The notes below the pieces were generated by a model. The model was not told where the DNA came from. It was given only the letters and a program-made list of their open reading frames with translations, and ran no database searches. Shown here in pieces: positions 20,636 to 30,900 of a stretch of DNA of 64,000 bases. Source of the stretch: an uncultured Gemmatimonadales bacterium (GTDB lineage: Bacteria > Gemmatimonadota > Gemmatimonadetes > Gemmatimonadales > GWC2-71-9). The position numbers were made by a program, and so were the translations under genes. The stretch is from NCBI GenBank assembly GCA_963771275.1, contig CAVYSW010000010.1, positions 704,001 to 768,000 of the forward strand, given 5' to 3'. Position 1 is the stretch's first letter; each line of letters begins with the position of its first letter.

Positions 20636-21264
20636 CGCCGACCGACGCCGATGGCCAGGGCCACCTGCTCGTGGGTTTCCTGCCGCAGTCCGCTCCCAAG
20701 GGCGAGGCGCTCGGTGCGGTAGCGGACGCGGACGCTGACGGGCAGGCGGCCCAGCGCGACGCGGAGCCCGCCTTCCATGCCGAGGCCGTGGTCGAGCGAC
20801 TCCACCAGGTCGATGCTGGAGCCGACGACGGCCCAACCCTCGAGATAGGCTTCGAGAAACGACCCCACCAGGGGCGCGACCCCCTGCCCGTGGACTTCCC
20901 ACATCAGCCAGCGCTGGGTACCGCCCGGCTCGACGAAGCTGCGCGCGTGCGGACCGAATCCCACGGCCACCCAGCGGAGGGGTCGGACCATGAGGAGCGC
21001 CTGTCCTTCGACGAAATCCGCCGGTGCCGTCCCGGCCGCAGCGTCGATCGAGCCCTGCAGGTAGCGCACGGTGAGGGTGGCAGGTCCCAGTCCGAAGGCT
21101 CCCTCTCCCCCCCAGGTCGATCCGCTCCGCAGCTGCGTGTCGCCAGCCTGCCCCACGGTCTCGCGGACGAACGCGACCGCGGCGCGGGCGCCGAACGACT
21201 GTGCCTCGAGGACCGCGGCGGTGATCGCCAGACCGCATGCGACCCCGCCCAGCCAGCGGATCAC
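20632..21264 (-). CDS. Hypothetical secreted protein, possible small outer-membrane beta-barrel
   Basis: Signal peptide ending LEA-Q; alternating Gly/aromatic strand pattern; GTGA overlap with the upstream gene. Confidence 0.6.
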   Translation of the reverse strand: MIRWLGGVACGLAITAAVLEAQSFGARAAVAFVRETVGQAGDTQLRSGSTWGGEGAFGLGPATLTVRYLQGSIDAAAGTAPADFVEGQALLMVRPLRWVAVGFGPHARSFVEPGGTQRWLMWEVHGQGVAPLVGSFLEAYLEGWAVVGSSIDLVESLDHGLGMEGGLRVALGRLPVSVRVRYRTERLALGSGLRQETHEQVALAIGVGRR

Positions 21265-22313
21265 CGATCCTCCCGCTCGATCACCTGCGGCGCCCCGGCG
21301 GTGATCCGGAGCCCGGCGCGGCGGAGGCGTGCGGCGTTCTCGCGCACCACGCCCTGTCGTTGGGCTTCCCACTCGGCCCGCACCCGTCCGTTCGCGGCGA
21401 TGTTCTCAGGGAGGTCGCGTCCCGGCCGGCTGGTGAGGAACCCTGCGAACCCGGCGAGGCTCACCGCCGCCCCGACGCCAAAGCGTGCGCCGGAGAGGGG
21501 GGCGTCCGGCGCGATCGCATTGGGGAGCAGGGCGACCGCCGTGCCGAGCACCAGGCCGCCGACCAGCGCCTGCAGGCCGGGCCCGGCGGTCGTGCGCTCG
21601 GGCAGCAGCAGCGAGTCCGGCGGCGGGGGCGGAAACGGCAACGTGTCCGGGAGCACCACGGCGATGGCCAGCGGCACCCGGGCAATGCGCTGCGTGACGC
21701 CGGACGAATCCGTCGAGGTCACGACCACCAGGTAGCGTCCTGCGCTCACCGGGTCGCCGGCCGCCGTCGCGCCATCCCATTCGGTCCGCAGGCTGTCGCC
21801 CACCGGGCCCGCATACACGCTCCGGACCATGCCGCCGTCCGCCCGAAGCACGTCCACCCGCACGGTGAGGAACGTGCTGCCGAACAAGTCAATCGGCAGG
21901 CCGGGCTCGCCGACTCGGAACGCCGCAGACTGGGCGATGCGCACCTCGGCCACCGGTGTGGCGCGCCGCGCGGCCTCGAAGCTCGACGTCACCTCGGGGG
22001 GAAACACCAGGCGGTCGATGCGGTAGCGCGGCGCGAAGCGCACCAGCCGGCGAAACGTGGCCTGGCCCGAATCGGGCCGGCCGCGGAAGATCTCGGTGGC
22101 GCCGAGGTAGACCAGCGCCGACGTGCGTTCGGTGTCCGCGATTCCCGGGGCATCCAGCGCGCGCTGCAGATAGCCCGCCGCCCGATCGAAGTCCAGGTTG
22201 CGATACGCCTGCATCCCGGCCTCGAGCAGCGGCCCGGCGGCCTGGGCCTCGGCGCGACCGGTGCCTGCCAGGGCGACGGCCGTGAGCACGACGGCGATGC
22301 ACCGTGCGCGCAT
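21261..22313 (-). CDS. Secreted protein with TPR-like and FlgD Ig-like domains and C-terminal hydrophobic helices
   Basis: Signal peptide MRARCIAVVLTAVALAGTGRAEA; helical AYRNLDFDRAAGYL..ALVYLGA; WDG.TAAGDPVSAGRYLVVV resembles FlgD-Ig. Confidence 0.7.
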   Translation of the reverse strand: MRARCIAVVLTAVALAGTGRAEAQAAGPLLEAGMQAYRNLDFDRAAGYLQRALDAPGIADTERTSALVYLGATEIFRGRPDSGQATFRRLVRFAPRYRIDRLVFPPEVTSSFEAARRATPVAEVRIAQSAAFRVGEPGLPIDLFGSTFLTVRVDVLRADGGMVRSVYAGPVGDSLRTEWDGATAAGDPVSAGRYLVVVTSTDSSGVTQRIARVPLAIAVVLPDTLPFPPPPPDSLLLPERTTAGPGLQALVGGLVLGTAVALLPNAIAPDAPLSGARFGVGAAVSLAGFAGFLTSRPGRDLPENIAANGRVRAEWEAQRQGVVRENAARLRRAGLRITAGAPQVIEREDR

Positions 22314-23812
22314 CAGGGCTCGAGCGGCTTGAGCACGATGTCGAGCAGCCGGAGTGTGTCTCCCGCTCCGATGCGAATGCGGCGCTCGAAGGTCACGAAG
22401 CCGTCGCGCACGACCCGCAGCACGTGGTCGCCGGAGGGCACCTCGACGTTCACGCGCGGCGTGTTGCCCAGCAGCTGGTCGTCGAGATACACGGCACCCC
22501 ACGGCGTGGCGTTGACCGAGAGCTTGCCGGGCGCGGGCGCCGGACGGGCTGTCGGCTGCCGTCTCGGCTCGGCCTGCGGCACGGGGGGCGGGGTCACCAC
22601 GGCGGGCGTGGAGTCGGCTGGGGGCTGGGCCAGTGGGGGCGCCGCGACGGGACCGGGTGCCGGCGCCGTCATGGTCGCCGGCGCGTCCGCCCATCCTTGC
22701 GTCGCCGGGCGTCGAAGCCAGCGCACGCCCGCCCCAACGGCGGCGGCCGCCGCAAGCAGCGCGAGGAGTAGCCCCCAGCGGATGCGACGACGGGGCTGCT
22801 CCCCATCGGGCACAACCACGAGGGTCGAGCCCTCCGGCCGGCTGGAGGGTGTCAGCAGCCCGCCGCTCGGTCTGACCGATCCGCCGCTCAGGACGGCCAC
22901 GAAATCGAGCACGCCGCCGAACCGTTCACTCGGGTCGTCCCGCAGCGCCCGCGTGATCGCGGTGGCCGTGCCGCCCGGGAGATCGGGCAGGAGCTCGCCG
23001 ATCGGGGTCATGGCCACGGCGCGCTCGCGGCGCACGTCGTCCACGGTGTCGCCGCTGACCGGCGGGCGGGCCGTCAGGCAGTAGTACGCGAGGGCGGCCA
23101 GCGAGTACTGGTCGGCGGCGGGGCCGAGCAGGCGGCCGTCGGTCATCTCGGGGGCGACGTACGGCAGGTCGAGCACCCCCTGCCATCCGGACTTGGGTCC
23201 CGCCGCCCGGTAGATCGCGGCCATCGTGCCGACGTCGCTGATGCGTGCCCACCCTTCCGGTTGCACCAGCACCGAGCGGGGGCCGATCCCGCCGTGGACC
23301 ACGCCGTTGCGGTGCACGTACTCGAGCCCGCTGGCGACCTGTTCGAGCAGGGCGAGACACCGCGGCAGCTCCATCCGGCCCTGTTGCTCGACGAGGGTCG
23401 CCAGGGTGCGGCCCTTGACCGGCTCCATCGCGTACCAGAAGTGGAATTGCGTCACCCCGTGCTTCGGCGTCGGCACGACATGGGGATGTCGCAGGCCGGC
23501 CGCCAACGTGGCCGCCTGCGCGAAGCGGTGCACGAGATCTCCGTCCACCGGGCCGAGTCGCGGGATCAGGCGGAGCGCGACGACGCGGTCGTCCTCGAGA
23601 TCGAGCGCGAGGTAGAGGATCGTATGCTGCTCCCGGCGCAGCAGCACCTGCAGCTCGAAGCGGTCCCCGAGCTCGCGCTGGACCGTCTCGTGGATCTCGT
23701 CCACGGGCGCCGGCTGCGCCGGCGCCAGGACGCCGGTGGGCGAGAAGCCGCACAGGACGCACTGATGCGTCTCAGGCGAGATCTCGGCGACGGAGCAGCG
23801 GGGGCAGATCAT
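22313..23812 (-). CDS. Membrane Ser/Thr pseudokinase with N-terminal Zn-ribbon and C-terminal PEGA domain
   Basis: CPRC..CVLC; kinase fold with YVAPE and ADQYSLA but degenerate catalytic motifs; TM WGLLLALLAAAAAVG; Pro-rich linker; LSVNATPWGAVYLD..GNTP..GDHVLRVVRDGF (PEGA). Confidence 0.88.
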   Translation of the reverse strand: MICPRCSVAEISPETHQCVLCGFSPTGVLAPAQPAPVDEIHETVQRELGDRFELQVLLRREQHTILYLALDLEDDRVVALRLIPRLGPVDGDLVHRFAQAATLAAGLRHPHVVPTPKHGVTQFHFWYAMEPVKGRTLATLVEQQGRMELPRCLALLEQVASGLEYVHRNGVVHGGIGPRSVLVQPEGWARISDVGTMAAIYRAAGPKSGWQGVLDLPYVAPEMTDGRLLGPAADQYSLAALAYYCLTARPPVSGDTVDDVRRERAVAMTPIGELLPDLPGGTATAITRALRDDPSERFGGVLDFVAVLSGGSVRPSGGLLTPSSRPEGSTLVVVPDGEQPRRRIRWGLLLALLAAAAAVGAGVRWLRRPATQGWADAPATMTAPAPGPVAAPPLAQPPADSTPAVVTPPPVPQAEPRRQPTARPAPAPGKLSVNATPWGAVYLDDQLLGNTPRVNVEVPSGDHVLRVVRDGFVTFERRIRIGAGDTLRLLDIVLKPLEP

Positions 23813-24479
23813 CTGCTAGAAGGTAGCAGGCCCGGGCTACTTCGGGGACACGAACCCCATCTGGCGTTCATTGGGTCGCGATGTTTCCTCTCGTGCCAGT
23901 CAGGTTCGAAGCATCAGTGGCCGTCACCGTGTGGATCGTCCCAGACGTTGCACTCGTCGTGAAGGTCACGGTGGCTAATCCGGCGGTATCCGTCGTGCTC
24001 GTTGGGAATGAGAATGTCCCTGGAGAGGTGCTGGAGGTACTGCTCCAAGTAACCACGATCCCGAGCGTCGCGACGGGATTGTCGTTCGCATCAGCCAGCT
24101 GTGCTGACACCGTTATTACCGTGCCGGCTACTGGGTTTGTGTCGCTTACCGTCACCAGGTATTGCGTCGCCGCCCCCACGCTCACCGCGAAGCTGCCTGA
24201 CGCCGGCAGCGTCGTCACCCCCGCCACTGTCGTGCTCGGTGTCAGCGTGTAGCTGCCCACCCTGTCTACGCTCAGCCCTGCAAACGTCGCCACCCCGTTC
24301 GTCACCGTCGCCGCGCTCCCACCGGTAAGCGTCGCCCCTCCCGGCACCGTCAACGCCAGGCTCACCGTCCCACTCGCCGCCGTCACCGGGTTGCCCTGCG
24401 CATCCTCCACCGTCACCGTCACCGCCGGACTCATCAGCGCCCCCGCCGCCACCGCACTCGGCTGCTGCGTGAAGCTCAG

Positions 24480-27400
24480 CTGGCTCGCCGCGCCCGCCGT
24501 CACCGTCACGGTCCCTGACGTCACGCCGGTCAAGCTCGGCGCCGCGAAGGAGAGCGTCCGATCCCCAGTCACCCCCGTGATCGCGAGATTGGTGAACGTC
24601 GCGACGCCACTCGCATTCGTCGTCGCCGTCAGCGTCCCACCCAGCGTCGGGCTGCCAGTCGCCAGCGCCGCCGTCACCACCACCCCGAGCTGACTCACCG
24701 CATTGCCGCTGGCATCCCGCAACTGCAGCACCGGCTGCTGCGGGAAGGCGATGCCACTCTGGACACTCGCCGAGGGCGCCGTGGTCAGGGTGAGCTGGCT
24801 CGCCGCGCCCGCCCCCACCGTCACCGTCCCTGACGTCACCCCCGTCAGGCTCGGCGCCACGAAGGAGAGCGTCCGATCCCCAATCGTCCCCGTGATCGCG
24901 AGGTTGGTGAACGTCGCGACGCCACTGGCATTCGTCGTCGCCGTCAGCGTCCCACCCAGCGTCGGGCTGCCAGTTGCCAGCGCCGCCGTCACCACCACCC
25001 CGAGCTGACTCACCGCGTTGCTACTGGCATCCCGCAGCTGGAGCACCGGCTGCTGCGGGAAGGCGATCCCACTCTGGACACTGGCCGAGGGCGCCGTGGT
25101 CAGGGTGAGCTGGCTCGCCGCGCCCGCCGTCACCGTCACCGTCCCCGACGTCACCCCCGTCAGGCTCGGCGCCACGAAGGAGAGCGTCCGATCCCCAATC
25201 ATCCCCGTGATCGCGAGGTTGGTGAACGTCGCGACGCCGCTGGCATTCGTCGTCGCCGTCAGCGTCCCACCCAGCGTCGGGCTGCCAGTCGCCAGCGCCG
25301 CCGTCACCACCACCCCGAGCTGACTCACCGCGTTGTTACTCGCATCGCGCAGCTGGACCACCGGCTGCAGCGGGAACGCCACCCCACTCTGGACACTGGC
25401 CGAGGGCGCCGTCGTCAGGGTGAGCTGGCTCGCCGCGCCCGCCCCCACCGTCACCGTGCCCGACGTCACCCCCGTCAGGCTCGGCGCCACGAAGGAGAGC
25501 GTCCGATCCCCAATCATCCCCGTGATCGCGAGATTGGTGAACGTCGCCACGCCACTCGCATTCGTCGTCGCCGTCAGCGTCCCACCCAGCGTCGGGCTGC
25601 CAGTCGCCAGCGCCGCCGTCACCACCACGCTCGACCTGACTCACGGCATTACCACTGGCATCCCGCAGCTGCAGCACCGGCTGCAGCGGGAACGCCACCC
25701 CACTCTGGACACTGGCCGAGGGCGCCGTCGTCAGGGTGAGCTGGCTCGCCGCGCCCGCCCCCACCGTCACCGTGCCCGACGTCACCCCCGTCAGGCTCGG
25801 CGCCACGAAGGAGAGCGTCCGATCCCCAGTCACCCCCGTGATCGCGAGGTTGGTGAACGTCGCCACCCCACTCGCATTCGTCGTCGCCGTCAGCGTCCCA
25901 CCCAGCGTCGGGCTGCCAGTTGCCAGCGCCGCCGTCACCACCACCCCGAGCTGACTCACCGCGTTGTTACTCGCATCGCGCAGCTGGACCGCCGGCTGCT
26001 GCGGGAAGGCGATGCCACTCTGGACACTCGCCGAGGGCGCCGTGGTTAGGGTGAGCTGGCTCGCCGCGCCCGCCGTCACCGTCACCGTCCCCGACGTCAC
26101 CCCCGTCAGGCTCGGCGCCACGAAGGAGAGCGTCCGATCCCCAATCGTCCCCGTGATCGCGAGGTTGGTGAACGTCGCGACGCCACTCGCATTCGTCGTC
26201 GCCGTCAGCGTCCCACCCAGCGTCGCGCCGCCAGTCGCCAGCGCCGCCGTCACCACCACGCTCGCCTGGCTCACGGCATTACCACTGGCATCCCGCAGCT
26301 GCAGCACCGGCTGCAGCGGGAACGCCACCCCGCTCTGGACACTGGCCGAGGGCGCCGTCGTCAGGGTGAGCTGGCTCGCCGCGCCCGCCGCCACCGTCAC
26401 CGTGCCCGACGTCACCCCCGTCAGGCTCGGCGCCACGAAGGAGAGCGTCCGATCCCCAGTCACCCCCGTGATCGCGAGGTTGGTGAACGTCGCCACCCCA
26501 CTCGCATTCGTCGTCGCCGTCAGCGTCCCACCCAGCGTCGGGCTGCCAGTCGCCAGCGCCGCCGTCACCACCACCCCGAGCTGACTCACCGCGTTGCTGC
26601 TCGCATCCCGCAGCTGCAGCACCGGCTGCTGCGGGAACGCCACCCCACTCTGGACACTGGCCGAGGGCGCCGTCGTCAGGGTGAGCTGGCTCGCCGCGCC
26701 CGCCCCCACCGTCACCGTGCCCGACGTCACCCCCGTCAGGCTCGGCGCCACGAAGGAGAGCGTCCGATCCCCAGTCGTCCCCGTGATCGCGAGGTTGGTG
26801 AACGTCGCCACGCCACTCGCATTCGTCGTCGCCGTCAGCGTCCCACCCAGCGTCGGGCTGCCAGTCGCCAGCGCCGCCGTCACCACCACGCCCGCCTGAC
26901 TCACCGCATTGCCACTGGCATCCCGCAGCTGCAGCACCGGCTGCTGCGGGAACGCCACCCCACTCTGGACACTGGCCGAGGGCGCCGTGGTCAGGGTGAG
27001 CTGGCTCGCCGCGCCTGCCGTCACCGTCACCGTGCCCGACGTCACCCCCGTCAGGCTCGGCGCCGCAAAGGAGAGCGTCCGATCCCCAGTCACCCCCGTG
27101 ATCGCGAGATTGGTGAACGTCGCGACGCCACTGGCATTCGTCGTCGCCGTCAGCGTCCCACCCAGCGTCGGGCTGCCAGTCGCCAGCGCCGCGGTCACCA
27201 CCACGCTCGCCTGGCTCACGGCATTACCACTGGCATCCCGCAGCTGCAGCACCGGCTGCAGCGGGAACGCCACCCCACTCTGCACACTGGCCGAGGGCGC
27301 CGTGGTCAGGGTGAGCTGGCTCGCCGCGCCCGCCCCCACCGTCACCGTGCCCGACGTCACCCCCGTCAGGCTCGGCGCCACGAAGGAGAGCGTCCGATCC

Positions 27401-27640
27401 CCAGTCACCCCCGTGATCGCGAGATTGGTGAACGTCGCGACGCCACTGGCATTCGTCGTCGCCGTCAGCGTCCCACCCAGCGTCGGGCTGCCAGTCGCCA
27501 GCGCCGCCGTCACCACCACGCCCGCCTGGCTCACGGCATTGCCACTGGCATCCCGCAGCTGCAGCACCGGCTGCAGCGGGAACGCCACCCCACTCTGCAC
27601 ACTGGCCGAGGGCGCCGTGGTCAGGGTGAGCTGGCTCGCC
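24480..27640. repeat. Ten near-identical 315-bp tandem coding repeats
   Basis: GCTGGCTCGCCGC recurs at about 24479, 24794, 25109, 25424, 25740, 26055, 26370, 26685, 27000, 27315, 27630. Confidence 0.95.
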
Positions 27641-27939
27641 GCTCCAGGTGCGGCCGTTGCGGTGAAGGTGATCGGGCTGCCGGTCAACGTCCCGGACGAC
27701 ACCGTCAGCGCCTGCGACCCCGCCGTCGTCCCCAACGTCCACGTCACCGTCGCCCGGCCATCAGCAGCGGTGTTGACACTCGACGCCGACACCGATCCCT
27801 GCACCGACGTGAAGCTGACTGCCCGTCCCTGAACCGGATTCCCGAAAGCGTCCACGACAATCACTGTCGGTGCCGGACTCGCCGCCTGCCCCACCGTGCC
27901 CGCCAACGTCAGACTGCTCGCCGCCCGCAACGTGTCCGC

Positions 27940-30900
27940 AACCCCCGCCGTCACCGTCACCGTCCCGGACGTCGCCCCCGTCAGACTGGGCGCCGAGAAG
28001 GAGAGGGTCCGATCCCCGACGGTTCCCCCGATGGTCAAGTTCGTGAATGTCGCCACTCCCGCCGCACTCGTCGCCGCCGTCGGTGTCCCCGCTAGGGTCC
28101 CCCCACCCGTCGCGATCGCCGCCGTCACCACCACGCCGCCCTGACTCACCGCGTTCCCCGCTCCGTCCCGCAGCTGGACCACCGGCTGCTGCGGGAATAC
28201 TGCGCCACTTTGGACGGTCGCCGACGGCTGCGTCGTCAGCGTCAATTGCGACGCCGTGCCCGCCGTCACGGTCACCGTGCCCGAAGTAGCCCCCGTTAGC
28301 CCTGTCGCGCTGAAGGCCAGCGTCCGGGCGCCGATCGTCCCGGTAATCGCGAGGTTGGCGAACGTCGCCACGCCACTCGCATTCGTGCTTGCCGTCAGCG
28401 TCCCACCCAGCGTCGGGCTGCCAGTCGCCAGCGCCGCCGTCACCACCACGCTCGCCTGACTCACCGCGTTCCCGGCGCCGTCCCGCAACTGGAGGACCGG
28501 CTGCTGCGGGAACGCGATCCCGCTCTGCACACTGGCCGACGGTTGGGTGGTGATGGAGAGCGATGCAGCCGGGCCGGCCGTCAGATCAATCGGACCAGAG
28601 GTTGCCCCGGCCAGCCCAGTGGCGGAGAAGCCCAGCGTCCGTTGGCCCGCCGTGCCCGTGATGCTGAGGTTGGTGAACACCGCGGCGCCGCTGACGTTCG
28701 TGGCGAGCGTCGTCGTCCCGCCCAACGTGCCGGACCCCAGCACCAACTGGGTCGTGACACCGACACCACTCTGGGGCACGCTGTTGCCACTGGCATCCCG
28801 CAGCTGAATGACGGGCTGCTGCGGGAGGACGACGCCACTCTGCGCCGTCGTGGACGGCTGGGTCGTAATCGCAAGTTGCGCCGCAGGACCGGGCGTCACG
28901 CTGATGTCGCCGGACGTCGCGGACTGGTATCCGTCAGCCGCGAAGATGAGCCGGCGGGTCCCAATGAGTCCGGTGATGGCAAGATCCGCGAACCCGGCCA
29001 CACCAGCCGCGTCGGTGGCCACGGTGACCGTGCCGAGCAGCGTGCCGCCCCCAGTGAGAATGGCGGCTGCCACCGCCACCCCGGCCTGGCCAACGGGATT
29101 GCCACTCTGATCCTGCAGTTGAATGACGGGCTGCTGCGCGAACACGATCCCGCTCTGCACCGTGGACGATGGCTGCGTGGTGATGCCGAGTCGGGACCCA
29201 ACGCCCGCCCCGAGCGTGATGCTATTGGACGTGGCCGACGCAAGCGGGGGCGACTCGAAGCGCAGCGTGTAGGATCCCGTCGCACCGGTAATCGAGAGGT
29301 TGCTGAAGGTCGCAGCCCCGGCCGCATCGGTCGTGACGACGGTGGTGCCGCCTAGCGTTCCAGTGCCCGAGGCGAGCACGGCGGTCACGGCCCGTCCCGC
29401 ACCAGCCACTGGATTGCCGCTGGCGTCACGAACCTGCACGAGGGGCTGTTGCGCGAACGGCACTCCGCTCTGGGCGCTGTTCGAGGGCTGCGCCGTGATT
29501 CCCAGTGCCGCGGCCGGACCGGGGCCGACGATGATCGCATTCGACGTGTCGGGCACAAGACCAGCCGCGCCGAACTGCATGGTCCGGGTTCCCACAACCC
29601 CGGAGATCGCGAGATCGGTGAACGCCGCCGTCCCGCCGGCGCCGGTCGTGACCACGGTCGTACCGAGGAGCGTGCCCCCACCGGACGCGATGCTCGCCGT
29701 CACCGAGACGCCGCTCTGGGCAACCGCGTTGCCCGAGGGGTCTTGCAGCTGCACACTCGGCTGCTGCGAGAATGGCAGGCCGCTTTGCGCGGAGCCGGAG
29801 GGCTGTGTCAGGATGACTACTTGAGAGGCCGCGCCGGCCCCCACAGTGACCGTCCCGGATGTCACGCCCGTCAGGCCGGCGGCCGCGAACGACAGCGTAC
29901 GCGGCCCCGCCGTTCCCGTGATGCTGAGATTGGTGAACGTCGCGACCCCGCTCGCGTTGGTCGTCGCCGTCAGGGTCCCGCCCAACGTGCCGCCGCCCGT
30001 TGCGATCGCCGGCGTCACGACGACCCCAGCCTGGCTCACCGCGTTCCCCGCCCCGTCCCGAACCTGCACTGCGGGCTGCACCGGGAAGGCAATCCCACTC
30101 TGTACATTGGCCGACGGTTGGGTCGTGACCGTCAGCTGAGCGGCCGTGCCGGCGGTCACCGTCACCGTCCCCGATGTGGCCGGCGTCAGCCCGGTCGCCG
30201 TGAAGCTCAAGGTGCGGGCACCAATTGTCCCGGTGATGCTGAGATTGGTGAACGTCGCGACCCCACCGGCGTTGGTGCTGGCAGTCAACGTCCCGCCCAA
30301 CGTGCCGCCGCCCGTCGCGATCGCCGCCGTCACGACGACGCCAGCCTGGCTCACCGCGTTCCCCGCCCCGTCCCGGACCTGCACCGCCGGCTGCACCGGG
30401 AAGGCAATCCCGCTCTGGACACTGGCGGACGGTTGCGTCGTGACCGTCAACTGAGCGCCCGTGCCCGCCGTCACCGTCACCGTCCCCGACGTCGCCGCCG
30501 TAACCCCCGTCGCCGTGAAGCTGAGCGTCCGGTCACCTGTCGTCCCCGTGATCACGAGATCGGCAAACGCCGCCACGCCACTGGCGTTCGTCGTGGCCGT
30601 CAGTGTCCCCCCGAGGCTCCCACTACCTGACGCGACCGCGGCGGTCACCACGACTCCTGGCTGGGCCGACGGGTTGCCGGACCCATCGCGCAGCTGGAGC
30701 ACTGGCTGCTGCAGGAAGGCAATCCCACTCTGCGCCGTTGCCGATGGCTGCGTCGTGATGGTCAACTGGGTCGCGGTCCCCGACGACACCGTGACCGTGC
30801 CCGACGTCGCGCCCGTCAACCCAGTTGCCGCGAAGCTCAGCGTCCGGTCGCCGGTCGCTCCCGTGATGCTGAGATTGGTAAACGTCGCCACCCCGGCCGC

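Noticed and set aside
24480..27640. Regular repeats as a CRISPR array
   Set aside because: The period is 315 bp (105 codons), the whole unit is repeated and coding, and there are no unique spacers or cas genes
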